Source: a candidate division WOR-3 bacterium
GTDB lineage: Bacteria > Hydrothermota > Tepidihabitantia > SM23-42 > JAOAFX01
Assembly (NCBI GenBank): GCA_965649105.1
Contig: CBFGJP010000004.1
Location: forward strand, 1-58,035
Reading direction: 5' to 3'
DNA length: 58,035 nt
The stretch's first letter is position 1. Each line of letters begins with the position of its first letter. The notes under the pieces were generated by a model, which saw only the letters and a list, made by a program, of their open reading frames with translations, did no database searches and was not told the origin of the DNA. Positions 20,999 through 30,341 of this stretch are shown here, piece by piece. The position numbers and the translations under genes are program-made.

Positions 20999-21175
20999 AA
21001 TTAGACACTATATTTATTACGCTCCGGTGTCAACGGAGCAATCTCAAACAAACCTTACAAACTCCGCATAGAAAAAGCCAAAAGAACTTTTGTTAAAATC
21101 GGCAGCAACAAAATGCCGATGATCATTTTCTGCGGGTAAATAAGATAAGATAAGACATAACCAATCCTATACAAT

Positions 21176-21251
21176 ATTTTAATTTTATTTTTCAAAAAGT
21201 CAAGGGTTATTTTAATCGCAACCTTGATTTATTCGGATTAATAGATATAAT
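21176..21251. promoter_or_regulatory. Divergent sigma70-like promoters
   Basis: Minus strand TTGACT-N16-TAAAAT (21203-21176); plus strand TTGATT-N16-TATAAT (21224-21251), 8 nt before the ATG at 21260. Confidence 0.6.
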
Positions 21252-21259
21252 CAAAACTT

Positions 21260-23938
21260 ATGGTAATCTTATTTTTTCTAATTACCTATCAGCAGAAGGT
21301 TGATTATAAAATCTACTGCAGTCTTGATGATGAAAATCATACTTTAAAAATTACTGAGGTTTTGACATACTACAATAATTCACCTGTCTGCCTTGAAACC
21401 TTATATCTCCATCTCTATGCCAATGCATATAAGGATAATAATACAGATTTTGCAAAAGAATTGAAAAAGATGGGTTCTTATAAATTCTTGAAGGCAAAGA
21501 ATTCAGAAAGGGGCTGGATAGATATAGATTCTGTTAAGTCAATGAAGGGGCAGTTAGATTTTATTATAGATGAAACGATTATGGGCGTTATCCTTGACAA
21601 ACCATTATCTCCAGGTGATTCAGTAGTCCTTCAAATTGATGCGATTTTAAAGATTCCAAAGATATTTTCTCGTCTCGGATACAAAGGTAAACATTACGAA
21701 ATCGTTCAGTGGTATCCAAAGCCCTGTGTTTTTGATGATAAAGGATGGCATAAACAAGGTTATCATGCACTTGGTGAATTTTATGGAGAGTTCGGGAATT
21801 TTGATGTATCAATAGAACTGCCTGCTGATTATATGGTTGCGGGTAGTGGAATTATTATAGATTCATCAAAGGTAGAAAACAATCGGAAGGTTGTGCACTT
21901 TTCCGCCGAGAATGTCCATGACTTTGCCTGGGTCTGTGATAAGGATTTTGAAATTGCAAAGAGGGAGGTTGATGGTGTGGAGATTGAAGTTTATTATATT
22001 AGAAAACAGAAAAGAAAATGGGAGAATGCTGGAGAGTATGCGGTTGATGCAGTAAATAGATATAATAAGTGGTTTGGCAGATATCCCTATAAAAAGTTAA
22101 GCATTGTTCAGGGCTATTTTGGTGGTGGAATGGAATATCCGAATTTAGTGATCATTGGCGGTAGTGAAGATAGATTGACAAGGCAGTTTGAACTTGTGGT
22201 TATCCATGAGATTGCCCATCAGTGGTTTTATGGAATCCTCGGTTCTAATGAGATGGACGAGGCCTGGCTTGATGAGGGTTTTACTTCCTATGCTGAGGCA
22301 AGATATTTTGTTGACAAATATGGCGCAGAGAATTCATTTTTTAAATCATCCTTCATCCCTGGTATGCCCCACGATTATATCAACCGATTGATGTATTACA
22401 TCACCTTAACAAACGGGTTAGAAAGACCGATTTTGACAAAAGCAACTGAGTTTGTTGGTAATCCTATTGGATATCAGGTCATCGCCTATTCAAAACCTGC
22501 CTTATTTCTGCGTTATCTTGAGGCATATCTGGGCACAAATACATTTGATACAATACTAAAAAGATATTTTGAGGAGTTTAAATTCAGACATCCACATTCA
22601 GAGGATTTTATCCGTATCTGTGAAGAGGTGAGTGGCAGGGATTTACAACAATTCTTTAATGATCTCTTGCACACTACAAAATATTGCGACTGGCATATTA
22701 AAAAGATATCCGGAAATTCGCTTGTGGTTGAAAATAAAGGAAAATTTTTGCTGCCCACTGACATACTTATCCAGACTGATAATGGTGGTCAGGTTATGAA
22801 GATTGAAAAACAACAAGATACCCTTGAATTTCCTGATGCAAAAAAGATAAAAAGGGTTGTCATTGATCCATTCAATTACACACCTGAATCAGATAGGTTC
22901 AATAATTTTTATCCAAAAAAGTTTGCGATAAAACCAATTTTTGACTGGCCCTCATTTGATACATATCAGATTTTTGTTCTACCTTATTTATGGTATGATT
23001 CAGATGATGGATTTACACCGGGATTCTATCTTGCTGGTGCCCACTTCATTGATGCAGATTTTATCAAGGGTAAAAATCAATGGATATTCGGTTATATTTA
23101 TGGACTGAAGAGTAAGAGACATTATTATAATTTCAGTTATCAAACACCGATTGTGTTTAAGAAAGGTTATCGGTCGCGTGTATTCTTAAAAGGTTATTAT
23201 GGTGGCGATGAGATAAAATATGACGTAGGATTTAAAAGTGATCTCGGTATTCCACTTACATCCGAACCCAATATTAACATAAAGACTTTTGCAGGCTATA
23301 GAGATTTCAGGTCCCTCATTTCTGTTGATTCGATAGACTGGACGATTGCTGAATATTATTTAATCCAGAATCAAATTTTATATAATACCAATCACTGGTC
23401 TATGGGAGTAAATTTCTGTGGGACAAATAAATTTTTTGATACAGGCTGGAGTTTTGCCAAATTTAATTTTGAGTTTGAAAAGAATTCAAGGTTGTATCTT
23501 GCCCCATTATATTTCCGCATCTTTGCCGGAAAGGTTTATGGCACTGCCCCCAATCAAGAGAGGATATTCTTAAACGGCGGATTGAGGCATAATTTTATCA
23601 GTGATTTATTCTTTGGACAGAAAGGGTATGCATCCCCACAGGAGCATATCCATATCAAACAGGATGGGAATATGGCAGGTTATCAGGGTTATCATATAAA
23701 GACCGATGGGCTTGTCTGTTTCAATATGCAATTTCCCGAAGGATTCCCATTGAGAATCTTCGGAGATTTAGGTTATTACTACAATGGCGATAGTCTAAAA
23801 TGGGAATATGCATACGATACAGGTTTAAAGATTGTGCTTGGACCGATTGGTTTTATCCTGCCCCTTTACAATCACATTGACAGATTCTGGCCTAAAAACT
23901 GGTCAGTGGAACTTTCTATTATTGGAATGAGTTTTTAA
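21260..23938 (+). CDS. M1 family aminopeptidase with C-terminal outer-membrane beta-barrel-like region
   Basis: GGMEYP, HEIAHQWF...WLDEG zinc motif, YSK. The C-terminal ~330 aa are amphipathic strands ending in Phe. Confidence 0.9.
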   Translation: MVILFFLITYQQKVDYKIYCSLDDENHTLKITEVLTYYNNSPVCLETLYLHLYANAYKDNNTDFAKELKKMGSYKFLKAKNSERGWIDIDSVKSMKGQLDFIIDETIMGVILDKPLSPGDSVVLQIDAILKIPKIFSRLGYKGKHYEIVQWYPKPCVFDDKGWHKQGYHALGEFYGEFGNFDVSIELPADYMVAGSGIIIDSSKVENNRKVVHFSAENVHDFAWVCDKDFEIAKREVDGVEIEVYYIRKQKRKWENAGEYAVDAVNRYNKWFGRYPYKKLSIVQGYFGGGMEYPNLVIIGGSEDRLTRQFELVVIHEIAHQWFYGILGSNEMDEAWLDEGFTSYAEARYFVDKYGAENSFFKSSFIPGMPHDYINRLMYYITLTNGLERPILTKATEFVGNPIGYQVIAYSKPALFLRYLEAYLGTNTFDTILKRYFEEFKFRHPHSEDFIRICEEVSGRDLQQFFNDLLHTTKYCDWHIKKISGNSLVVENKGKFLLPTDILIQTDNGGQVMKIEKQQDTLEFPDAKKIKRVVIDPFNYTPESDRFNNFYPKKFAIKPIFDWPSFDTYQIFVLPYLWYDSDDGFTPGFYLAGAHFIDADFIKGKNQWIFGYIYGLKSKRHYYNFSYQTPIVFKKGYRSRVFLKGYYGGDEIKYDVGFKSDLGIPLTSEPNINIKTFAGYRDFRSLISVDSIDWTIAEYYLIQNQILYNTNHWSMGVNFCGTNKFFDTGWSFAKFNFEFEKNSRLYLAPLYFRIFAGKVYGTAPNQERIFLNGGLRHNFISDLFFGQKGYASPQEHIHIKQDGNMAGYQGYHIKTDGLVCFNMQFPEGFPLRIFGDLGYYYNGDSLKWEYAYDTGLKIVLGPIGFILPLYNHIDRFWPKNWSVELSIIGMSF

Positions 23939-24129
23939 ACTTCAATACTACCAATAGATTTATCTCTCATTTCATCATTTTTACAATTGACGAAATGATA
24001 AATGGTTGTTGTCATGCTGATTAAAACCAATTAATTTCATTATTTCTATCTTTTTATTGCATTCCCCTGCCAAAGCAAAAAGGAGAGGTGTTGTGTTAGG
24101 TAAAGAGGCGATTTCATATTTTCATATCA

Positions 24130-24882
24130 TCAAAATTGAAAATGAACGGGGATGTCTGGTATATTCGCAATATCTTCTTTATTTATGCCCTTGGCTAGGT
24201 ATATCAACTCAACCCTAAAAATCTTTTCTTTATATCTATCGGATAGGAGCTTAAAATAAGGCTCAATGGAATATTTATAACGAAAATCTTTCCCTTTTGC
24301 ATAGCCACCTTTCCCGCTTTTGAAAATACCTTTCCCGTAGTGTGGATAAAGTTGACCATTGGGGATGCAAACTAATTTTAAGGCTTTGATATTTGGTTTA
24401 GCATGTTCATGAACTATTTGAATGATATAAGTTAGACAGGGTTTCTCAATTTTGGAGGAAATTCGATAATATTGAGGCAGGTTAGGTATAAAGGTCTTGT
24501 TCACCACATAAGAAGTCTGATTGATTCCAATATTGATTTTCCCCTTGTAATCTGCCGGATTATCAAGGAGAGCAGTTTTAATTTCGATATGCATAAAGGC
24601 ATCTGGAAGTTCAAACATTAAATCCGAGCCGAGAGGAGAAGAATTGGGAAATCGTAAGATTGAGGCAAAGAAATGATGAAAGATTCTTTCTGCCCCGGTA
24701 TCTAGATCAGATGCTTTAAAACCTTTCCTTGCTGTCTTTATAAAATTATCATACCAGTCATTCAGAATTTTTATTCGTGAGTTCAAACCATCAATAAGAG
24801 CGTCTAAATCCTGCTTTAGGTGAAGCAAAATTAAATCATAATACTGTCTTTCTATCTTCTCAAGTTCAAAATCATTTAGCAT
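24130..24882 (-). CDS. Type II restriction endonuclease, BglI/SfiI-like PD-(D/E)XK
   Basis: GAERIF...PNSSPLGSDLMFE...HIEIKT resembles the BglI catalytic core. Overlaps the upstream methyltransferase gene. Confidence 0.75.
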   Translation of the reverse strand: MLNDFELEKIERQYYDLILLHLKQDLDALIDGLNSRIKILNDWYDNFIKTARKGFKASDLDTGAERIFHHFFASILRFPNSSPLGSDLMFELPDAFMHIEIKTALLDNPADYKGKINIGINQTSYVVNKTFIPNLPQYYRISSKIEKPCLTYIIQIVHEHAKPNIKALKLVCIPNGQLYPHYGKGIFKSGKGGYAKGKDFRYKYSIEPYFKLLSDRYKEKIFRVELIYLAKGINKEDIANIPDIPVHFQF

Positions 24883-26476
24883 AGATTACTTCTCTAATAT
24901 TTGGACATCTTTTTTTAATAATATTCAGATATTCCGTGACTAATTCTATTAATATTGCACTTCTTCCTATCTCATTAGCAACTTTGCCTACTGTTCCTGA
25001 ACCAGCAAAAGGGTCCAATACAAGCCCTCCTTCCGGACAACCAGCTTCAATACACCTTTTCACGAGTTCTTCAGGAAAGGTAGCAAAATGAGCCTCTGAA
25101 AGAAATTGGAGCTTTATGCTCCAGACATCGCCGGGGTTCTTGCCTTTTGGATGTGGTTTTACGGTCTGAAGAACCAGATGTGTTTCGGTAACCCACCTAT
25201 CATAGAGAGAATCAAATTTAAGGATTTCTTTTAGTCTGAACCAATCATCCGGTAAAGGGATGGACCCCCCTCTACCCCAGCTACCGGTATCTTTCCTGAA
25301 CCAGTGACCTGCTGTGTCTTTATAGCCCAATAATTTATCAATCTCTTTTGTGGTGATACCTCTATTTTTACGCCAAAATCTAAGATAATCAGCAATTATT
25401 GGTTGAAAAATTTTGTATCTTCTTTGTAGCACCAGATATTCTCCAAAGAGTGATTTTCTTGCACCTGGTGAGGCACCTCTGTTATCGGGGTTTAATTTAA
25501 ATTTACCTTCATAAGTTCGTTCCTCACTCTGCCGAGATGAGGGAAATAGCATTGAAGGTTTTATTTCTACTCTATTATTAAAATCTGGTTCTGGTGGCAA
25601 TATTGGTTTAGGAAATCCATCACAAGCAGAATGAGCATTTATATCTATCTCGTATTTAATAGATTTTCCGCAGCTCTGGCATACTAATTCCACTGGTAAT
25701 TGAGATTCTTCATTAAAGCCCTGTACAACTTCAATGGTTGTCTCATTATTTTCCCAGAGAACCTCTGCAAGTATATCTTCATTGGGAGTTTTGAAGACCT
25801 TCAAGACACACCCTTTAATCTTGCCGTTTTTTAACAAAGAGTTTTCTACTTCAAACCCTAAAATATCTTCAGGACTTTTATTGTTTTTGAAGTTGCTAAC
25901 CGGTAGTCTTAATTTATCTATTGATAAATAGTAATTGTATCTGCTTTCTTCCTTTACGAATAAAAATACCGGCTCATAGACATTTGAGAATCTGCTATCT
26001 AATGAAGAGGGCATAGCATTGGGTTTGAACCATATGATTTTATTTATAAGTGTCCAACCATTTTTTTGAAGTTCAACTGCCAACAATTCTGGTATGAGTA
26101 ATAATTCCTTATTTTGATATTTATAGCCTATATTCAGGAAGAAGGTCCCTGTGGCTTTTAATACTCTCTTCATTTTACTAAAGACATCAACAAGTCTTTT
26201 TATATATTCAAAATAAGAATTTTCTTGACCAATTTGTTGAGGATTCCCGTAATCCCTCTGCTTCCAGTAGGGTGGTGAAGTTATAACACAATCAACAATC
26301 CCGTCGGGCAGTAAATGAAGGACATTATTTACATCTCCTATATACACGGTAACTTCTTTCTCCTCTACATCATGATTGGCTCTATATGTTTCTAAAAGGG
26401 ATAACTGTTCTCTAACATAAGATGTCGCTGAAGTTCTTACAATCCGTTCCTTAATCTCTCTATATCTTTTCTTCAT
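24872..26476 (-). CDS. Beta-class N4-cytosine/N6-adenine DNA methyltransferase with a large internal Zn-finger/HTH region
   Basis: VITSPPYW (motif IV) at the N-terminus, IIWFKPNAMP, HFATFP, VLDPFAGSGT (motif I) at the C-terminus. Confidence 0.92.
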   Translation of the reverse strand: MKKRYREIKERIVRTSATSYVREQLSLLETYRANHDVEEKEVTVYIGDVNNVLHLLPDGIVDCVITSPPYWKQRDYGNPQQIGQENSYFEYIKRLVDVFSKMKRVLKATGTFFLNIGYKYQNKELLLIPELLAVELQKNGWTLINKIIWFKPNAMPSSLDSRFSNVYEPVFLFVKEESRYNYYLSIDKLRLPVSNFKNNKSPEDILGFEVENSLLKNGKIKGCVLKVFKTPNEDILAEVLWENNETTIEVVQGFNEESQLPVELVCQSCGKSIKYEIDINAHSACDGFPKPILPPEPDFNNRVEIKPSMLFPSSRQSEERTYEGKFKLNPDNRGASPGARKSLFGEYLVLQRRYKIFQPIIADYLRFWRKNRGITTKEIDKLLGYKDTAGHWFRKDTGSWGRGGSIPLPDDWFRLKEILKFDSLYDRWVTETHLVLQTVKPHPKGKNPGDVWSIKLQFLSEAHFATFPEELVKRCIEAGCPEGGLVLDPFAGSGTVGKVANEIGRSAILIELVTEYLNIIKKRCPNIREVIYAK

Positions 26477-26611
26477 AAATTTTTCCTAATTGCACCTGCC
26501 ATTTCCTATAGCGTTTATCCGAATTATAAGGGGGAAAAATACCCTTTTCCATTTCACCCAAATTTGAAATTTCTATCACCGAGTTGAACATATTATAAGC
26601 CATTCCATATT

Positions 26612-26639
26612 ATTATATCTGTTACGAGTTACTTGTCAA
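26612..26639 (-). promoter_or_regulatory. Sigma70-like promoter for the restriction-modification operon
   Basis: TTGACA-N16-TATAAT on the minus strand. Confidence 0.65.
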
Positions 26640-26656
26640 TAGATAGGGCTAATAAG

Positions 26657-26891
26657 GCGGTTAGAAACCGCTCCTATAGAATCGTTATTCGTTATATGGT
26701 TTCGCAGCCTGTATCATTATACAGCTTCGTTAATCGGCGCATAAGCAAGACGATGCATCTAATAATATTATGGTCAAGAAACCTTTTTTGCAGAAGGAAA
26801 GGTGTAGGGGCCGCTCCCAGCGGCGATAATGAATCGTGGTAAGGAGTGTTCGATAAACAACCCCTGATGAAAATCAGGGTTGCACTGCTAC
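26657..26891. repeat. Second cluster of GTAG-type REP-like palindromes
   Basis: Plus strand GTAG-GG-GCCGCT-CCC-AGCGGC (26804-26824). Minus strand GTAG-CAGTG-CAACCCTGAT-TTTC-ATCAGGGGTTG (26858-26891). Degenerate minus-strand ATAG-GA-GCGGTT-TCT-AACCGC (26657-26677). Confidence 0.6.
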
Positions 26892-26985
26892 GATTTTTAT
26901 TCGTCCAGTGAAAACTGATGATACTTTTAACTATGGACATTTCCTGATATAAAAATATAATTGAAAAATCAATAAGAGTAATAAT

Positions 26986-29748
26986 ATGCGGATATTCTTT
27001 TTTGCAATTTTCATTATAACCCTTTTCTCATTCCAATTTCTTGTTGCTGAAGAATACGGAAGAATTGCCGGGAATGTGGTTGATGCAAAAACAGGTGAGC
27101 CAATAATTGGCGCAGATGTGTGTATAATGGAAGGTGCATTAGGTACAGCATCAGATGAAAAGGGAAATTACCAGATATTAAATGTCCCACCCGGTGACTA
27201 TTGTGTTACAGCAAGTTATATCGGCTATGAATCAGTATCCGTTGATAAAGTTTTGGTTGAACCAAATAAAACGACTTTTTTAAATTTCAAACTGAAATCA
27301 GTCCCTTTAGGGATTGATATCTTACCGGTGATAGCCCACCCACCAATGATTCATTTATTCCAAAGTTCAAATGCCACTAACAAAAAAACTGATGAAATCC
27401 AACGATTGCCGATTATATCCTTTGACGATTTCTTGAGAATCCAGCAGAGTGTCGTGGAGACTGATTCTGGATTTCATATCAGAGGCGGGAGAGTATATGA
27501 TACAAAATATTATCTTGATGGCATTTTAATGGAAATTCCAAATCTCGGAAGGCCGCCGGGTCAAATCAACGAAGAAAGTATAGATGAAGTTTCTATCGTT
27601 GACGGTGGATTATATGCCGAGCATGGTGATGCCCCGGCGGTCATCAATATAACGACGAAGTCGGGAAATAACGTCCGCCATTCTGGTAATGTCAGTTGGC
27701 TAACTGATGATATAGTTCAGAACAAAAAATTTGATTATGGATATAATGACTGCAACTTTTTGTTCAATGGTCCATTGCCATTAAGAAGGCTTAGATATCT
27801 TTTATCAGGTGAATGGAATTCCACAGATTCATATCAACCTGCAAAATACAGGGTCTATTCTCCAGGAAATGAATATCGCCTCTTTGGAAAGTTATCCTAT
27901 TATCTACCCAACGCAAGAGGGAAATTTGACATCCTGGGATTCAGAACCCGAGAGCAATTTGTATATTACATTCCCACCGGGGAAAATGCAGGTGCATTTA
28001 AATATCTTGAAAATAAGCCGATGATGAGAACCAAATACCATATTATCTCAGGCAATTTTAGTTATATGTTTAATCCATGGACCCTTGCTTCTATAAGTCT
28101 GGGCTTTACCCACTTTGACCGGGTCTTTGGACCCCGGGATTACCAATGGGAGCAGGATAACAATTACAAATGGTATGATGATTACCGTCTAAAATTTGAA
28201 GAATTACTTGATTTGCTAAATGATAAAGAATATAAAATACATTCTGCTTCGCCGCGCGAAATTTTGATTGAAGGAATCCATCTTATATGCAAAAATTATG
28301 GAGTAGAAGCTCTGCGTAAATGTCCTTATGGAATAGAAGGATTATTCTACACTGTAGGAGATTATCCTGTCTGGAGATACTGGTATAATGATGACTGGCA
28401 GATTCATACAAAGATTGAATATGCTTATGGTAAATATCATGATTTCAAGGCGGGCATTGATTTTATTAAATATGACCTCAGATACTACAATCGGACACTT
28501 CCACCTCTTTCAGAAACCAATCCTGATTTCAACTTTTATGAACGGACTCCATATAAAACCTCGGGCTTTTTCCAGGATAAGATAGATATTGAAAGTCTGA
28601 GTGCCAATTTAGGAATTAGATTTGACTTTTTTGACGCTAATGTTTGCACATTCAAAATTCCTGAAAATATCCGGGGCGATACTCTAACCTATGCCGAGAA
28701 AATATTAACCATTTCCCCGCGTATTGGATTTTCGCTACCTATAACCGCACGGCAAAAATTACATTTTAGTTATTCCCACTATAATAATATTCCAAAATTT
28801 GATTATTTATATAGCACAAGTGATACAGCAGTTATTAGACTTCTGTTATTAAGATATAGATCAGGAATCAGTAATATTTCGTTAAAGCCAGAAAAGACAG
28901 TTGCTTATGAATTTGGTTTTGAAAATATATTTAGCGAGTTTTTATTATTTAGTTTGAATCTTTTTTATAAAGACATATTTAATGCGGTAGAATTGAGAAA
29001 AGTCACAGCCTTACCTGAACCATATTATCAATACTTTAACGATGGAAGGTATAATATAAAGGGACTGGAACTTGCACTGATTAAAAGGCTGGTCTACTTT
29101 TGGAGTTTTGATTTAAATTATACACTACAATTTGCTGAAGGAACGAGTGCCTGGGCACATCAGTTATATTATGAATCTGATACAATACCTCCTGCAATTG
29201 ATTATCCACTTGATTATGATGAGCGGCATAACATAAAAATAAATATTGATTTTCAGAGCCCGGAGAATTTTTTTATAAAACTTCTGCGTAATCTTATAAG
29301 TTCTGTTGTTTTTAGTTATCATTCTGGGCACCCCTACACGCCACTTGATTTTTCAGGAGATAGAATTGGCAATGTCAATTCAGAACGAATGCCCAGTTAC
29401 TGGAATATTGACTTGAAATTAAGTAAAAAAGTGAGAGTGAAGAATATATCTCTTGTGCTCACTGGATTGGTCAATAATCTATTTAATACAAGGCAGATTA
29501 CCAAAGTCTATCCAACAACGGGAGACCCTGAAGACCCCGGCTATTTTGAACCTTCTCTCGGTGAATTTGATTTTATTCCTATAACAAGTCCTCATTACTC
29601 ACCACAGGTTGACCACAGCCACGATGGGCTGATGACACCTGAGGAGATGAAGGCTGAATATATGTCTGCCCTTAACGACCTCTATGCCAATCCTGCATAC
29701 TACAGAAATCCTTTTCGTATAAAATTGGGAGTAGGTATTGAATTCTGA
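26986..29748 (+). CDS. TonB-dependent receptor with N-terminal carboxypeptidase-regulatory-like domain
   Basis: GRIAGNVVDAKTGEPIIGA N-domain, HIRGGR plug motif, NLGIRFD, LKPEKTVAYE, C-terminal GVGIEF. Confidence 0.93.
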   Translation: MRIFFFAIFIITLFSFQFLVAEEYGRIAGNVVDAKTGEPIIGADVCIMEGALGTASDEKGNYQILNVPPGDYCVTASYIGYESVSVDKVLVEPNKTTFLNFKLKSVPLGIDILPVIAHPPMIHLFQSSNATNKKTDEIQRLPIISFDDFLRIQQSVVETDSGFHIRGGRVYDTKYYLDGILMEIPNLGRPPGQINEESIDEVSIVDGGLYAEHGDAPAVINITTKSGNNVRHSGNVSWLTDDIVQNKKFDYGYNDCNFLFNGPLPLRRLRYLLSGEWNSTDSYQPAKYRVYSPGNEYRLFGKLSYYLPNARGKFDILGFRTREQFVYYIPTGENAGAFKYLENKPMMRTKYHIISGNFSYMFNPWTLASISLGFTHFDRVFGPRDYQWEQDNNYKWYDDYRLKFEELLDLLNDKEYKIHSASPREILIEGIHLICKNYGVEALRKCPYGIEGLFYTVGDYPVWRYWYNDDWQIHTKIEYAYGKYHDFKAGIDFIKYDLRYYNRTLPPLSETNPDFNFYERTPYKTSGFFQDKIDIESLSANLGIRFDFFDANVCTFKIPENIRGDTLTYAEKILTISPRIGFSLPITARQKLHFSYSHYNNIPKFDYLYSTSDTAVIRLLLLRYRSGISNISLKPEKTVAYEFGFENIFSEFLLFSLNLFYKDIFNAVELRKVTALPEPYYQYFNDGRYNIKGLELALIKRLVYFWSFDLNYTLQFAEGTSAWAHQLYYESDTIPPAIDYPLDYDERHNIKINIDFQSPENFFIKLLRNLISSVVFSYHSGHPYTPLDFSGDRIGNVNSERMPSYWNIDLKLSKKVRVKNISLVLTGLVNNLFNTRQITKVYPTTGDPEDPGYFEPSLGEFDFIPITSPHYSPQVDHSHDGLMTPEEMKAEYMSALNDLYANPAYYRNPFRIKLGVGIEF

Positions 29749-29771
29749 CCGCTTCTTTATTGCTACCCACC

Positions 29772-29823
29772 TTGATTTTATCGTTCCATTATTTTATAAT
29801 AATAAAATAATTTAATAATGGAA
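29772..29823 (+). promoter_or_regulatory. Promoter overlapped by an inverted repeat (candidate autoregulatory operator)
   Basis: TTGATT-N17-TATAAT. TTCCATTATT (29784) and AATAATGGAA (29814-29823) form a perfect 10-bp inverted repeat spanning the -10. Confidence 0.55.
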
Positions 29824-29833
29824 TGGAGGTAAA

Positions 29834-30151
29834 ATGAGAATTGTTGAGAAGAAGTTTAGAGGTTCATTAATATGCAGGGTTTTATGTTATCCTATATCTT
29901 ACGGGATTGTTAAATTGTTGCTTGAAAGAGGGAAAATGAGTCTTGAGGAAATTTCTAAGGAGATTCAGAGAACAAAGGCAGCAGCCTGTTTTCAATTAAC
30001 TAAACTGCGGCTGGCAAATCTCATAAGGTATGAAAGAATTGGCAAAAAGACATTATACTGGGTTAAATATCCTGATGAGGTAGAGGAAATCTTAAACGCC
30101 TGTGATTTACTTGTAAGCCGTATCTCGCGCCGTTTAGATAAAGATTTTTAA
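29834..30151 (+). CDS. ArsR-like winged helix-turn-helix regulator
   Basis: 105 aa; IVKLLLERGKMSLEEISKEIQRTKAAACFQLTKLRLANLIRYERIGKKTLYW wHTH pattern; GGAGG RBS. Confidence 0.85.
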   Translation: MRIVEKKFRGSLICRVLCYPISYGIVKLLLERGKMSLEEISKEIQRTKAAACFQLTKLRLANLIRYERIGKKTLYWVKYPDEVEEILNACDLLVSRISRRLDKDF

Positions 30152-30306
30152 TTATTTTATTTATTATTCCAATATTAAATAATAAATAATGGAATGATAG
30201 ATTGATAAATTGGGGTGAGGTATGAGAGATTGTTTAGAACTAATAGGTGATACTGGATGAGTAGATAAACCAAAAAGAGTAAAAAGACTGAGGAGATAAA
30301 ATGTGC

Positions 30307-30334
30307 TTGACATCTATTAGAAACTAAATATGAT
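30307..30334 (+). promoter_or_regulatory. Sigma70-like promoter, probably leaderless
   Basis: TTGACA-N16-TATGAT, 7 nt before the ATG at 30342. Confidence 0.6.
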
Positions 30335-30341
30335 ATAATAA

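Noticed and set aside
25150-25900. Intein or homing endonuclease in the methyltransferase
   Set aside because: No Cys/Ser start with His-Asn end splice motifs and no LAGLIDADG or HNH signature.
26460-26591. 43-aa ORF upstream of the methyltransferase as a controller (C) protein
   Set aside because: No HTH pattern and no clear RBS; cannot be supported.
26858-26925. Hammerhead ribozyme suggested by CTGATGA cores
   Set aside because: The first CTGATGA lies within a REP-like stem, and I could not build the required stem II-GAAA-stem III for either copy.
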